Shown: positions 1-9,453 of the stretch, piece by piece
Layout of the letters: every line of letters starts with the position of its first letter
How positions within the stretch are numbered: the first letter of the stretch is position 1
Virus record (IMG/VR): IMGVR_UViG_3300033168_000202
Coordinates: 1 to 58,027 of that record
Length of the DNA stretch: 58,027 nt
Source of the DNA: a virus
Taxonomy: Duplodnaviria > Caudoviricetes
Strand: one strand, 5' to 3'
Notes under the pieces: model-generated
Databases searched by the model: none
Told to the model about the DNA's origin: nothing
Seen by the model: the letters and a program-made list of their open reading frames with translations, nothing else
Position numbers and translations under genes: made by a program

Positions 1-1203
1 TCATAGCCCTCTGACCTGCGGGAACGGCAACACTCGGCCTGCCTGTGGGGACGTGGTGGGGATGCCAGACGCCGCGGCGCCCAGAGCCACCCCCACCGCA
101 TCGAGCAGCTCCACGTCTGTCTCGGCCGCCAGATGGCCGTAGATGTCGCTCGTCGTCGCGATGCTCCTATGCCCCAGGCGGCGCTGAATCGCTGTCAGCG
201 GCACCCTCGCGGCGATCAGCATCGACGCGTGCGAGTGCCGCAGGTCGTGCGGTGTCGGCCGACGCTCCACCAGCCCGGCATCCCGGACGGCTCGAACCCA
301 CGGACCGGGCGCTGGCCGGCCCGGGTAACCCGCCCCGGTGAACATCGAGTGCCGCACCGTTCCACCCCTGCGGCCGGTGAACACCGCCTCGTCGCGACCC
401 TTGCCGATAACGAGGGGCCCGAGGACGTCGACTAGCTCCGGGGGCAGCGTCACGGTCCGCCGGGACATGTCCGTCTTCGGCGAAGGTTGCCAGCCGAACC
501 CGTCCGACCAGGTCCACCGGACCTGCAGCTCAGCGCGGCCCAGGTCAACCATGCCAGCGCGAAGCCCGACCGCCTCCCCCCACCGCAGCCCCGTCCCAGC
601 AAGCGTGAGCACCAGCGGCCGGTAATGGCTGTCCATCGCCTCCACCAGCGCGGCGAGCTCGGCCGCCGACAGGAACACCGGGTCCTCGCGCACCACAGTC
701 GGCAGGCTCGTCCCCGCGCACGGATTGGTCGCGATCAGCCGCTCGGTGACGGCCGCGTCCATCATCTCGTGAAGCAGGGCATGGCAGTGCCGCACCGTCT
801 TCGGCGCGAGCTGCTCCCCCACTCTGGCCGCCCACTGCCGGACCGTCAGCGGCGTGATCCCCGCCAGCGGCAGCATCCCCAGCGCGGGCAGCACATGGTT
901 GTCGAGCCGCCCCCCCTTCGCGGCCAGGCTGGACGGCTTCCCGGTCCACGTCTGCCGCCACGCGGCGGCCCAGTCCCCGAGCAGCACCCGCCCACCCCGG
1001 GGGTCGACGTGCGTCCCCTGCGACAGGGTGGCTTCCTGCGCGGCGAGCCACCGTTGCGCCTGCGCCTTGCGGGTGAACGTCTCGCTCACCTTCCGACCGG
1101 CCGCGTAGTACACGACCCGCCACCGGACTGCTTCTCCTCGGCATGTGCACGACTGGCGTTGTGCGGCGGTTCGGCAGCGGCAGCGACGCTCGACCGATCC
1201 CAT
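1..1203 (-). CDS. int: Tyrosine integrase
   Basis: TGLRWGE, HDLRHSHA, LGHRSIATTSDIYGH catalytic motifs; N-terminal arm-binding and SAM-like domains. Confidence 0.96.
   Translation of the reverse strand: MGSVERRCRCRTAAQRQSCTCRGEAVRWRVVYYAAGRKVSETFTRKAQAQRWLAAQEATLSQGTHVDPRGGRVLLGDWAAAWRQTWTGKPSSLAAKGGRLDNHVLPALGMLPLAGITPLTVRQWAARVGEQLAPKTVRHCHALLHEMMDAAVTERLIATNPCAGTSLPTVVREDPVFLSAAELAALVEAMDSHYRPLVLTLAGTGLRWGEAVGLRAGMVDLGRAELQVRWTWSDGFGWQPSPKTDMSRRTVTLPPELVDVLGPLVIGKGRDEAVFTGRRGGTVRHSMFTGAGYPGRPAPGPWVRAVRDAGLVERRPTPHDLRHSHASMLIAARVPLTAIQRRLGHRSIATTSDIYGHLAAETDVELLDAVGVALGAAASGIPTTSPQAGRVLPFPQVRGL
44..64 (+). repeat. Integrase arm-type sites, left end
   Basis: TGTGGGGACG (44-53) and GGTGGGGATG (55-64), 11-bp period; same repeat at 52578-52598. 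Confidence 0.75.
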
Positions 1204-1211
1204 CAGGCCGC

Positions 1212-1245
1212 CCGGCTCCGGCGCCTGCGCAGTAGCCGGAGCCGG
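1212..1245. terminator. GC-rich hairpin, probable terminator between immunity operon and int
   Basis: Perfect 11-bp stem CCGGCTCCGGC/GCCGGAGCCGG. Confidence 0.55.
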
Positions 1246-1260
1246 TTCACAGTCACCCGG

Positions 1261-1938
1261 TCAGCGCCTCTCGCAGGCGATGCCGTCGCCATCGGCGTCG
1301 AGCCCCGTGTTGGCGTCGTACAGCGCCTGAGACTGGTAGAACGTCGTCACGCCGGGCCGGCCGGACGCAGTGTGGTCGACTGCTCCGGGCCTGCCTACAC
1401 CGTGCGGATACTGCTGATGCAGTTCGGTGCAGTTCGAGAATGATGCCGCGCCTGCCGGCGGCGGCGTTGACTCCGGCGCCGCCGCCTGCGTGCTGGGAGG
1501 CGGCTCAGTTGTGGCCTGCGTCGACGCCGTGTCACTCGGCGTCGGTGATGGCGTATCACTCGGCGTCGGCGAGGGTGCCTCGCTAGGCGACGTAGCGCTG
1601 AAAGAATCCGGCGAGGTTGACGGAGAGGCGGACGGAGACGATGAACCGCCGCACCCCGCGAGCGTCAGGGCAAGCGTGAGGCCGACGATCCCGCCCGTGA
1701 TGCTCCAACTACCTGACCGTCGACGCTCTCGCAACCGCCGAAGCCGGTTGACGGTCACTGGGTCGTAGATCAGAGCGTCCCGGCGGTCTACCAGCCGATC
1801 GAGCTGCTGGTAGTAGACAGCGGCCGGTAGACCGAACTGGTCGTAGATTGCCTGCTCTTTCGACCCCCGACGGATAAACCAATCCCGTTCAAGGTCCAGC
1901 ATCGCCTGCTCGTCGCCACCAAGACCGTCCATGGTCAT
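1261..1938 (-). CDS. DUF3263-like domain fused to hydrophobic helix/lipobox, S/P/T linker and Excalibur Ca-binding domain
   Basis: N-term LDLERDWF..GSKEQAIYDQFG..YYQQLDRLVD..DPVTVNRLRRLR; LALTLAGC; C-term FSNC...LDADGDGIACE. Confidence 0.8.
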   Translation of the reverse strand: MTMDGLGGDEQAMLDLERDWFIRRGSKEQAIYDQFGLPAAVYYQQLDRLVDRRDALIYDPVTVNRLRRLRERRRSGSWSITGGIVGLTLALTLAGCGGSSSPSASPSTSPDSFSATSPSEAPSPTPSDTPSPTPSDTASTQATTEPPPSTQAAAPESTPPPAGAASFSNCTELHQQYPHGVGRPGAVDHTASGRPGVTTFYQSQALYDANTGLDADGDGIACERR

Positions 1939-2366
1939 GCCGACTCCTCCCTTGCGCGTATCCGCGCCTCGATCTGCTTCTTCTCGGCTTCAGTCAGGCC
2001 GTCGAGCCGTGCTCGGGCGGTGTGCACATCAACGTCAAGCACTTCGGCCAGTTCGTACTCGTCCTGCGCCCACAGCAGTCCGTCAGCCAGGTCCTCGACG
2101 GTGATCAGCCATCCAGCGGCTTGCCGGTCAGCGTGCTGCTCCTGCCGGTGCTCCCACCAGTCGCCGACCGGCGGGGTGTCGCCTGCATCGGCGTGGGCGA
2201 GTTCGTGGGCGAGGGCGCAGCGTCGCTCGACCCGCCGCAGCCGGCCTTCGAGGACGATCTGGCAGGCTTGCCGGTCGTAGAACCCGTCTATGCCGTCGAG
2301 TCGGCCGAACGTGAGCCGCAAGTGGGGCCGCGCCGCGAGATGCGCCCATGGCGAGTAGCGGCTCAT
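1935..2366 (-). CDS. immA: ImmA/IrrE-family metallopeptidase (antirepressor)
   Basis: RRCALAHELAH HExxH motif and EQHADRQAAGWLI; adjacent to XRE repressor. Confidence 0.92.
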   Translation of the reverse strand: MSRYSPWAHLAARPHLRLTFGRLDGIDGFYDRQACQIVLEGRLRRVERRCALAHELAHADAGDTPPVGDWWEHRQEQHADRQAAGWLITVEDLADGLLWAQDEYELAEVLDVDVHTARARLDGLTEAEKKQIEARIRAREESA

Positions 2367-2833
2367 TCGTCGAACGGGCGGGCAGTGTCAGGACGTTTGC
2401 GGGCGACGGCGCGGAGCTGCCGGGGTGCGGGTGACTCCTCGGCCGGACTGGACGCGGCTGGCCGCAGACGATCGGCAATGGCTGCTAGGAGGGCGACGTC
2501 CCGCCGGGCTAGGCCGGTGACGTCGACGTAGGGGCCACGGGCAGGCGGGGACAGGCTGAGGTCGTTATAGCCGGCCTCCGCCATCAGCGCTTGGCGTTCC
2601 TGCGGTGACAGTCGGAGGGTGTCGGCGATGAGCGCGAGTGTGGCTCGGCTCGGCTTGACGGGGCGTCCGCCTTGCCCGCGGCCCTTCTCTACCTGCCCCC
2701 AGTAGGAGTCTGAGACGCCTGAGGTGAGGGCTAGCTGGCGGATGCTGCGGCCCTGCGCCTCGCGTGCCTGTCTGATCCTTACGCCCCATGGGGGTGGCGG
2801 CGTCGTCTGCGTTCTGGTCACGGATCGGAGCAT
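2363..2833 (-). CDS. Immunity repressor, XRE HTH (ImmR-like)
   Basis: IRQAREAQGRSIRQLALTSGVSDSYWGQVEKG; divergent from cro-like gene; exact start uncertain. Confidence 0.88.
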   Translation of the reverse strand: MLRSVTRTQTTPPPPWGVRIRQAREAQGRSIRQLALTSGVSDSYWGQVEKGRGQGGRPVKPSRATLALIADTLRLSPQERQALMAEAGYNDLSLSPPARGPYVDVTGLARRDVALLAAIADRLRPAASSPAEESPAPRQLRAVARKRPDTARPFDE

Positions 2834-2857
2834 CCATGTACGCGACGACAAGGAGTA

Positions 2858-2994
2858 GCGAACGCTTGCGAACGTGGTTCGCCTGGGATGCCCCTACAGG
2901 TAGAGGCGAGAGCCCATTCGGCACCCATCACTGCACGTCAAGGGCGTATTGCGGTTCGCCGCAGATTGGTGCTTGACAGTTCGTGCGTGTTCGC
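2858..2994. promoter_or_regulatory. Candidate repressor operators (GTTCG-N5-GTTCGC, two inverted copies)
   Basis: GCGAACGCTTGCGAAC at 2858-2873 and GTTCGTGCGTGTTCGC at 2979-2994; extra GTTCGC half-site at 2877. Confidence 0.5.
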
Positions 2995-3001
2995 ACATAG
3001 T
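2973..3001 (+). promoter_or_regulatory. Early lytic promoter, leaderless
   Basis: TTGACA (2973-2978), 17-bp spacer, CATAGT (2996-3001), ATG at 3008. Confidence 0.75.
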
Positions 3002-3007
3002 ACGGAT

Positions 3008-3313
3008 ATGCCGATCCGACCAGCGCCCGTCACCTGGCTGACGGCAGCAGATGGGAGAACCGTGGGCTATCAAATCGACCCCGAGCTGCTGACCGACTTC
3101 ATGCTCCGCGCCGGCATCACCCGCGCCGAGCTCGCCCGACGCATCCCGACCAGCAAGGGCTACATCACCGACATCCTCAACGGTCGCCGGCAGCCCCGGG
3201 AAGGCACCGTCCGCGCCATCGCCGACGTGCTCGACGTGCATCCCCGTGCCCTTCTTCTTCGTGCCATCGCTGCTAACTCAGCAAGCCTCAACCCGAACGA
3301 GAACGCGGCATGA
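3008..3313 (+). CDS. Cro-like XRE HTH protein
   Basis: RAGITRAELARRIPTSKGYITDILNGRRQP. Confidence 0.88.
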   Translation: MPIRPAPVTWLTAADGRTVGYQIDPELLTDFMLRAGITRAELARRIPTSKGYITDILNGRRQPREGTVRAIADVLDVHPRALLLRAIAANSASLNPNENAA

Positions 3314-3531
3314 GCGCCGAACCTGACCTGTCGTGCGCACAGGCCGCCGTCCTGCTCGGTGTGTCCCGGTCGTTTCTGAACCGGCTGGCGCTGCGCCTCG
3401 AGGTCCCCCACTACCGGCATGGGCGACGGCTGACGTTCTCGCCCGAGCACATCGAAACGATCCGCCGCCACCACGAGGTACTCGCTGCACCCGTCAGCGC
3501 GCTGCCGCTGCGCTCACGGAGAGCGTCATGA
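3310..3531 (+). CDS. Excisionase-like HTH protein
   Basis: LSCAQAAVLLGVSRSFL...VPHYRHGRRLTF. Confidence 0.8.
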   Translation: MSAEPDLSCAQAAVLLGVSRSFLNRLALRLEVPHYRHGRRLTFSPEHIETIRRHHEVLAAPVSALPLRSRRAS

Positions 3532-3728
3532 CCGCCGACACCCGCACCCGCCTCGGCATGGTCGGCGCCTGCGCCGCGATCTTCGTCCTGGTCGTCGCCG
3601 GCCCGGTCCTCGTCGCCGTCTTGCTGCCGTGGTGGGCGCTGTTCGCATGGACAGCCGCCTCTGTCCCGCTCGGCCTGCTGGTCGTCGTGGCACTCGGCCT
3701 CCGTGACCAGCACGAGGCCGTTCGATGA
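3528..3728 (+). CDS. Small two-helix membrane protein
   Basis: ATGA coupling on both sides; hydrophobic. Confidence 0.65.
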   Translation: MTADTRTRLGMVGACAAIFVLVVAGPVLVAVLLPWWALFAWTAASVPLGLLVVVALGLRDQHEAVR

Positions 3729-5107
3729 AGCCGCGTCTGCTCGACATGTTCGCGGGCCCAGGCGGCTGGGATGTCGCCGCACGCCAGCTCGGCGTGGACG
3801 CACTCGGCATCGAATCGGACTCGTCGGCATGCGCGACCCGTGACGCCGCCGGCCTGTCCACCATCCAGGCTGACATCACCACGCTCGACCCGGCCGACTT
3901 CGGCGACATCACGGGGCTGATCGCCAGCCCGCCGTGCCAGACGTTCTCCGCAGCAGGGAAGGGCGCCGGGCGCAAAGCGCTCGATCAGGTTCTCACTGGC
4001 GTCGAGCGTGTCATCGCCGGGCACCGGGTTAACCCTGCTGACTACGACGACCCCCGGACCGCCCTCGTCCTTGAGCCGTTGCACTGGGCGTTGGAGCTTG
4101 AACCGGAGTGGATCACCTGGGAGCAGGTTCCGGCCGTGCTGCCGGTCTGGCGGGCGTGCGCCGACGTGCTACGGGCTGACGGCTACCACGCGGTCACCGG
4201 CTATGTGCATGCCGAGCAGCATGGTGTGCCGCAGACCCGTAAGCGTGCGGTGCTGCTGGCCTCTCGGCGCCCGGTGGCGCTGCCGATGCCGACGCATTCG
4301 CGCTACCACTCGCGCACCCCCGACAGGCTCGACCCGGGCGTGGCGAAGTGGGTCAGCATGGCCGAGGCGCTCGGCTGGGGCACCACTGAGCGGCCGGCCT
4401 TCACTTTCGCACCCGGAGGCGGGGGCAACGGCGGCCAGCTCGACCACAACACAGGCACCGCCAACTCCATCCGCCGAGAAATCAGTGCTGGCCGATGGGT
4501 GATGCGCTCGAACTACGGCACAGGTGGCGACCCGGCCGCACGAGGCGAGCGTCATCACGACCAGCCCGCTCCCGCGGTCACAGGCAAGGTCAACCGCAAC
4601 GTGTGGATGCTGCGGAACAACAGCAACGAGAAGGCCAGCGAGCGCACCCTTGATCAGCCTGCAGGCACCCTGTTCTTCGGCGGTCGCGGCAATGCCGTCA
4701 ACTGGGTCCTGCGTTCAGGCCAGACGGTCGACGGTGGTCCTCGCGCGGTCCGATCACTAGACAGCCCGGCGCTGACCGTGATGAGCACGACAGACCGAGC
4801 GAAGTGGTGCCACGAGCGGCCAGCAACAACCATCGCCGGTGACCCTCGCATCCCGGCTCCGGGACACAAATGCCGCGACCACAGCTGCCACGACGGCCAG
4901 ACCACATCGCAGATGGCCGACGCCATCCGGGTCACCGTCGCTGAGGCCGCGTGCCTGCAATCCTTCCCCGACAGCTACCCGTGGCAGGGCTCGCGCACGA
5001 AGCAGTATCAGCAGGTCGGGAACGCGATCCCGCCGCTGATGGCGCTGGCGTGCCTGCAGGCCGTCGGTGCGGGTGCGGCTGCCGCTACTGAGCGGGTGGC
5101 CGCATGA
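3725..5107 (+). CDS. DNA cytosine-5 methyltransferase
   Basis: Motifs [40 protein letters not shown]. Confidence 0.95.
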   Translation: MKPRLLDMFAGPGGWDVAARQLGVDALGIESDSSACATRDAAGLSTIQADITTLDPADFGDITGLIASPPCQTFSAAGKGAGRKALDQVLTGVERVIAGHRVNPADYDDPRTALVLEPLHWALELEPEWITWEQVPAVLPVWRACADVLRADGYHAVTGYVHAEQHGVPQTRKRAVLLASRRPVALPMPTHSRYHSRTPDRLDPGVAKWVSMAEALGWGTTERPAFTFAPGGGGNGGQLDHNTGTANSIRREISAGRWVMRSNYGTGGDPAARGERHHDQPAPAVTGKVNRNVWMLRNNSNEKASERTLDQPAGTLFFGGRGNAVNWVLRSGQTVDGGPRAVRSLDSPALTVMSTTDRAKWCHERPATTIAGDPRIPAPGHKCRDHSCHDGQTTSQMADAIRVTVAEAACLQSFPDSYPWQGSRTKQYQQVGNAIPPLMALACLQAVGAGAAAATERVAA

Positions 5108-5652
5108 CCGCCCTTGCTCTGGCCCGTACGTGGGCTGACACCGGCCAGCGGGTCCGCTACAGCGCGTCGGGCTGGGTCCGGCTCGGCACCGTCGTCGACT
5201 GGGACGACCACAACACGGCGCTGGTCCGGTTCGACGGCGAGCCCGGCCAGACACTCGCGCTGCCCGTCGGCGACCTGACCCCCGAAGATGCTGTAGCCGA
5301 GCAGGTGTGGGTCGACGTGCATGCCGTCGCCGCTGTCGACCTGCTCGACGCCGCGCAGAAGCTCAGCTGGCAGCTCGACGAGTGCCCTGGCACGCCTGCC
5401 GAGCAGCTAGCACACCTCGGCCGCCTGCTCGAAGCGATCCGTGACCACGACACAGCACTGATCCGCGACAGGTCCGACGCCGACGTCGAGCTGACCCGGT
5501 CCGACATCAGCCACACGGTGCGCCAGCTCGTCCACGGCTCGACGCTGGTCTGCGCCGACTGCATGCGCCTCGCCGACGACCCCAGCCGGGTCCGTCTCGC
5601 CGTCACCGCCGGTCCCGTGCCGCAGTGCGCCTATCACGCCGGAGCGTCCTGA
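5104..5652 (+). CDS. Hypothetical protein with C-terminal Cys cluster
   Basis: Coupled ORF, GC3 bias. Confidence 0.7.
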   Translation: MTALALARTWADTGQRVRYSASGWVRLGTVVDWDDHNTALVRFDGEPGQTLALPVGDLTPEDAVAEQVWVDVHAVAAVDLLDAAQKLSWQLDECPGTPAEQLAHLGRLLEAIRDHDTALIRDRSDADVELTRSDISHTVRQLVHGSTLVCADCMRLADDPSRVRLAVTAGPVPQCAYHAGAS

Positions 5653-5876
5653 TGGGGAGCTTCGTCCACGGGACCTCCACCGGCTACGACAACCACGGCT
5701 GTCGCTGCACGCCTTGCCATGAGGCGAGCAAAGCCCGGCGCCGGGCCACTCTCGGCTTCGTCCACAACAGCGGTGCTTACACCAATGGGTGTCGCTGCGA
5801 CATCTGCCGTGCCGCGCGCCTCGCCTACAACCGCGAGTGGCGCGCCCGCAAGCTTCGGCGGCAGGCGTCCGCATGA
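5652..5876 (+). CDS. Small protein with two H-x4-Y-x2/3-GCRCxxC zinc-binding repeats
   Basis: HGTSTGYDNHGCRCTPC and HNSGAYTNGCRCDIC. Confidence 0.75.
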   Translation: MGSFVHGTSTGYDNHGCRCTPCHEASKARRRATLGFVHNSGAYTNGCRCDICRAARLAYNREWRARKLRRQASA

Positions 5877-6001
5877 GCTACCGCGACGACGACTGGGCCG
5901 TAGACCGACCCGACCCCGACCTGTACGACGACCGGCCGTCACGCCGGGACTTCGCCGCCGACGAGGCAGCCGCAGACGCACTACCCGACCCCGCCACGTA
6001 A
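5873..6001 (+). CDS. Small acidic protein
   Basis: ATGA overlap; Asp-rich 42 aa. Confidence 0.5.
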   Translation: MSYRDDDWAVDRPDPDLYDDRPSRRDFAADEAAADALPDPAT

Positions 6002-6063
6002 GTCGGGGCGGCCGGTTCAGCGGACGCCCCGAAGACCACCACCCACCAGAAAGGCAGTGGCCC

Positions 6064-6798
6064 GTGAACAGATCATCGCACGCCCCGCTCGACATGAGCC
6101 GCATCAGGCTCGCAAAGGGTGCCCACGAGGCGCCTTCCGACCCCACCGACCCCGCCGGCTGTCTGCTTGAGATCACGGCTTTCGTCGCGGGCGAGCCGTG
6201 GTCCGACCACCCGGACTGTGTCTCGCCGGTGCTCGGCGGCTACGGCCGCGCGCTCAACGACGTGCTGCCCGACGACACCCGCGAGCAGCTCGTCCCGTTC
6301 ATCCCCCGGCTGATCGGCACCGCCGACGACGGTCACGACGAGGCCCGCGGCTACCTGGCGCTCGACTGGTTGGTCCGCACGTACACCCCGACGTGGCTGC
6401 GGCTCGTCGACGGCCTGGTCGTGCACGCCGACCGGCTCGCCAACGCCGCGCAGGTCGTCGACCTTGAGACTGCGGCGACAGTCGGCGAGATCGTCCGCGA
6501 GGCCAGCACCGCCGCTTCTGCGGCGGGGGATGCGGCGTGGGCTGCGGCGGGGGCTGCGGCGTGGGCTGCGGCGGGGGATGCGGCGGGGGATGCGGCGGGG
6601 GATGCGGCGTGGGATGCGGCGTGGGCTGCGGCGGGGGCTGCGGCGGGGGATGCGGCGGGGGCTGCGGCGCGGGCTGCGGCGGGGGATGCGGCGGGGGCTG
6701 CGGCGCGGGCTGCCCTTCAGCCGACCGTCGTTGAACTGCAAGCCAGTGCTATTGACCTGTTCGACCGGATGCTCGCCCCCGTGGCGGCGTCAGCATGA
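6064..6798 (+). CDS. Phage protein with AAW/AAG tetrapeptide repeats
   Basis: GAAAGG RBS; CLLEITAFVAGEPWSDHPDCVSPVL; repeat tract. Confidence 0.8.
   Translation: MNRSSHAPLDMSRIRLAKGAHEAPSDPTDPAGCLLEITAFVAGEPWSDHPDCVSPVLGGYGRALNDVLPDDTREQLVPFIPRLIGTADDGHDEARGYLALDWLVRTYTPTWLRLVDGLVVHADRLANAAQVVDLETAATVGEIVREASTAASAAGDAAWAAAGAAAWAAAGDAAGDAAGDAAWDAAWAAAGAAAGDAAGAAARAAAGDAAGAAARAALQPTVVELQASAIDLFDRMLAPVAASA
6517..6713 (+). repeat. 12-bp tandem repeat G(A/C)TGCGGCG(G/T/C)GG, about 16 copies
   Basis: Directly visible. Confidence 0.92.
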
Positions 6799-7046
6799 CC
6801 GCCCCGGTGAAGCTGTGCGTCCGCTGCGCCATGCAAGACCTGCCGCCGTCCCCGGTCGACTGCGACGGCACCACTCACATGCTGTGCGCCGTCCACCTGG
6901 CGATGTCCAACGCCCGCCTGGCCGGTGCGATCAACGCCGAGTGCCGGGCGTGCGGCCATGTCGCTGCCCCCGGCGACGGCCTGTGCGGACACTGCCGGGC
7001 TGCTGTCGTCCGGGCGCAGGCCTACTGCCGGCAGCGGGCCGTCTGA
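6795..7046 (+). CDS. Cys-rich zinc-finger protein
   Basis: Several CxxC pairs. Confidence 0.7.
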   Translation: MTAPVKLCVRCAMQDLPPSPVDCDGTTHMLCAVHLAMSNARLAGAINAECRACGHVAAPGDGLCGHCRAAVVRAQAYCRQRAV

Positions 7047-7279
7047 TGGACATCTTGGTCCTCGCCCTGCTCGTCCTGGGCGGCTTCATCGTCGGCTCGG
7101 TTTGGGAGGGTGCCCGCCGCGGTGGCAGCGTTGACCTGCTAGCCCGCGCCGTCCGCGCCGAGTTCACAGTCGAAGCGATCGACGATGCGCGACGCCGGCA
7201 GGGCATGGCAGCCCATCCCGCCCGGGGCTGCGACGAGGACATAGCCGCGTTCTGGCGGATCATCGAGGACGCGCTGTGA
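7046..7279 (+). CDS. Small membrane protein
   Basis: TGATG coupling; N-terminal hydrophobic helix. Confidence 0.65.
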   Translation: MDILVLALLVLGGFIVGSVWEGARRGGSVDLLARAVRAEFTVEAIDDARRRQGMAAHPARGCDEDIAAFWRIIEDAL

Positions 7280-8217
7280 GCGCCCCGGTGCAGGTACTCG
7301 GCCCCGACGCAGGCCGTGACGAATGGCTCGCTGCACGCCGGCACGGGATCGGCGCATCCGACATCCCTAAGGTTGCCGGCCTGTCCAAGTGGGGCGGGCC
7401 CCTGTCCGTCTACTACGACAAGACCGACCCCCTCGGGCCCGACGAGCCACCGTCGGAAGCGGCCGAGATCGGCCTCGCGCTCGAACCTGTCCTCGCCCGG
7501 CTCGCCGCGAAACGCCTCGACCGCAGGCTCGCCCGAGTCGGTCTCATCGCCCACCCCGACTGCCCGTGGCAGCTCGCCAGCCTCGACCGGGTAGCCGTCA
7601 TCGGCAACCGGCCCGCGACCGGCTGGGGCAACTACGACGCCGCAGTGCAGCTCAAGACCGCACTCGGCTGGACCATGCTCGACTGGGACCAGATTGACGG
7701 TCGGGTGCCCGACGCCTACTACGCCCAGTGCCAGTGGGAGCTGCACGTCAGCGGGCTGCCGCTCGCCTACCTCGTGGCGCTCGCCGGCCCGTCGGTGCAG
7801 GTCTTCACCATCGAACCCGACGTCGCCTACCAGCGGCAGCTCGTCGCCATCGCCGAACGGTTTTGGCAGCAAGTCCAGGTTCGGACTCCGCCGGCAGCCG
7901 ACGACCTCGAGTCGACCACCGAGTTGCTGCGCGACAGGTGGACCCCCGACCCCGAGAAGATCGTCATCGCCGACCTAGCCGAATGGCAGCAGATCAAAGC
8001 CGGCTACGACGACGGGTCCGCCGGGATGGCCGCCCACGAGGCCGTCAAGCGCGGGGCACAGAACCGCATCCGCCAGCTACTCGGCGAAGCCGAAGCCCTG
8101 ATCCTCGACGGCGAGATCGTCGCCACCTGGAAGCCGAACGTCACCGGCGCCCGTGTCCTGAACATCCCCAAGCGGCCCAAGCCGCTCCACACCGCCCGAA
8201 AGGCCCTCGCAGCATGA
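7276..8217 (+). CDS. YqaJ-like (RecE-type) exonuclease
   Basis: WLAARRHGIGASD, ASLDR, QLKT, YYAQCQW; upstream of RecT. Confidence 0.93.
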   Translation: MSAPVQVLGPDAGRDEWLAARRHGIGASDIPKVAGLSKWGGPLSVYYDKTDPLGPDEPPSEAAEIGLALEPVLARLAAKRLDRRLARVGLIAHPDCPWQLASLDRVAVIGNRPATGWGNYDAAVQLKTALGWTMLDWDQIDGRVPDAYYAQCQWELHVSGLPLAYLVALAGPSVQVFTIEPDVAYQRQLVAIAERFWQQVQVRTPPAADDLESTTELLRDRWTPDPEKIVIADLAEWQQIKAGYDDGSAGMAAHEAVKRGAQNRIRQLLGEAEALILDGEIVATWKPNVTGARVLNIPKRPKPLHTARKALAA

Positions 8218-9164
8218 CTACAGTCGCTCGACCCTCAGACGCCAGCCGTGACGCGCTCGCCCGCCGAGCATCCGGCCAGCCCCCGCAGACCAACGGGGGG
8301 CGCCCCACCCTCGCCCAGCTCATCGAACGGCAGAAGCCTGAGATGGCCCGGGTCATGCCCGACGAGATGAACCCCGACCGGATGGCCCGGCTCGCCCTCA
8401 CCGTGCTGCGCAAAACACCGCAGCTCAACGACTGCACCCCCGAGAGCTTCCTCGGCTCACTCATGACCTGTTCCCAGCTCGGCCTTGAGCCGAGCACCGG
8501 GCAGGGTGCCGAGGCGTACCTCGTGCCGCACAAGAACAAGAAGCGCAACGTCGTCGAGTGCACCCTGATCATCAGCTACCAGGGTTTCGCGAAGCTGTTC
8601 TGGAACAGTCCACAGGCTAAGCACCTTGATGCTCAGGCTGTCTTCGCGGGCGACCACTTTGAGTACGAGTACGGCCTTGAGCCCAAGCTGGTGCACCGTC
8701 CCGCACTGTCGGGCCGCGGGCAGGTCATCGCCTACTACGCCGTCGCGGCACTCACCTCCGGTGGTAGCGCGTTCGTCGTCCTTTCCCCGGAGGATGTCGC
8801 CGCGATCCGTGGCGGCAAGGTCGGCCCGTCGGGTGACATCAAGGACCCGATGCGGTGGATGGAGAAGAAGACTGCACTCAAGCAGCTCGTCAAGCTCCTG
8901 CCGAAGTCGTCGACGCTAACGCAGGCGATCAAGCACGACGGCTCGGTTCGTAGCGACCCGCATGCCGAGGCGATCGACGAGGTCCCTGAGTACCCGGACG
9001 GCGCGCCCGACGTGATCGACGCCGAGCCGGTCGACGAACTGAGGGTGGATACGGACTCCGGGGAGGTCGACCCTGCCGACCGGCAGCTCGGACCGGTCGA
9101 GGTGGAGGACCCGCCGGCTGACCTGGCCGACGCGTTCGCCCGCGACGAGGCAGCCCGCCAATGA
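8214..9164 (+). CDS. recT: RecT ssDNA-annealing recombinase
   Basis: CTPESFLGSLMTCSQLGLEP, AYLVP, ISYQG, WMEKKTALKQLVKLLPKS. Confidence 0.95.
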   Translation: MTTVARPSDASRDALARRASGQPPQTNGGRPTLAQLIERQKPEMARVMPDEMNPDRMARLALTVLRKTPQLNDCTPESFLGSLMTCSQLGLEPSTGQGAEAYLVPHKNKKRNVVECTLIISYQGFAKLFWNSPQAKHLDAQAVFAGDHFEYEYGLEPKLVHRPALSGRGQVIAYYAVAALTSGGSAFVVLSPEDVAAIRGGKVGPSGDIKDPMRWMEKKTALKQLVKLLPKSSTLTQAIKHDGSVRSDPHAEAIDEVPEYPDGAPDVIDAEPVDELRVDTDSGEVDPADRQLGPVEVEDPPADLADAFARDEAARQ

Positions 9165-9222
9165 CCCCGGCCGAGTCGAATGCGTCCGGGTGGCGCGTTG
9201 ACCGAGTAGCTAGGAGAGCCGC

Positions 9223-9453
9223 ATGAGTGGCTGCCGCTGTGGGGCGACGTGGGGCGGGGCGAACACCTCGCACTGTGCCCGCTGCCATGACTCCTTCTCG
9301 ACCGTCGCCAACTTCGACAAGCACTGGAAAGGCGACGAGCACCGGGCGCCTGCGAGCGTTGGCCTGGTCCTGTCCGAGCGTGGCTACTGGGGTGCGCCGC
9401 CGCCTACTCCGGAGCAGCAGGAGAAGCTCGATGCGCTGCGAGGTGCCGCATGA
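9223..9453 (+). CDS. Phage FDxH-type zinc-binding protein
   Basis: CGATW..HCARCHDSFSTVANFDKH. Confidence 0.75.
   Translation: MSGCRCGATWGGANTSHCARCHDSFSTVANFDKHWKGDEHRAPASVGLVLSERGYWGAPPPTPEQQEKLDALRGAA

Noticed and set aside
2869-2881. Canonical LexA SOS box
   Set aside because: Spacer is 3 nt, not 4
5998-6051. Sixth late promoter (GTAAGTC)
   Set aside because: Mismatch in the box and no ANNNT pattern at the +48 position
6517-6713. CRISPR array or DGR variable repeat
   Set aside because: No spacers, cas genes, reverse transcriptase or template repeat; simple in-frame coding repeat
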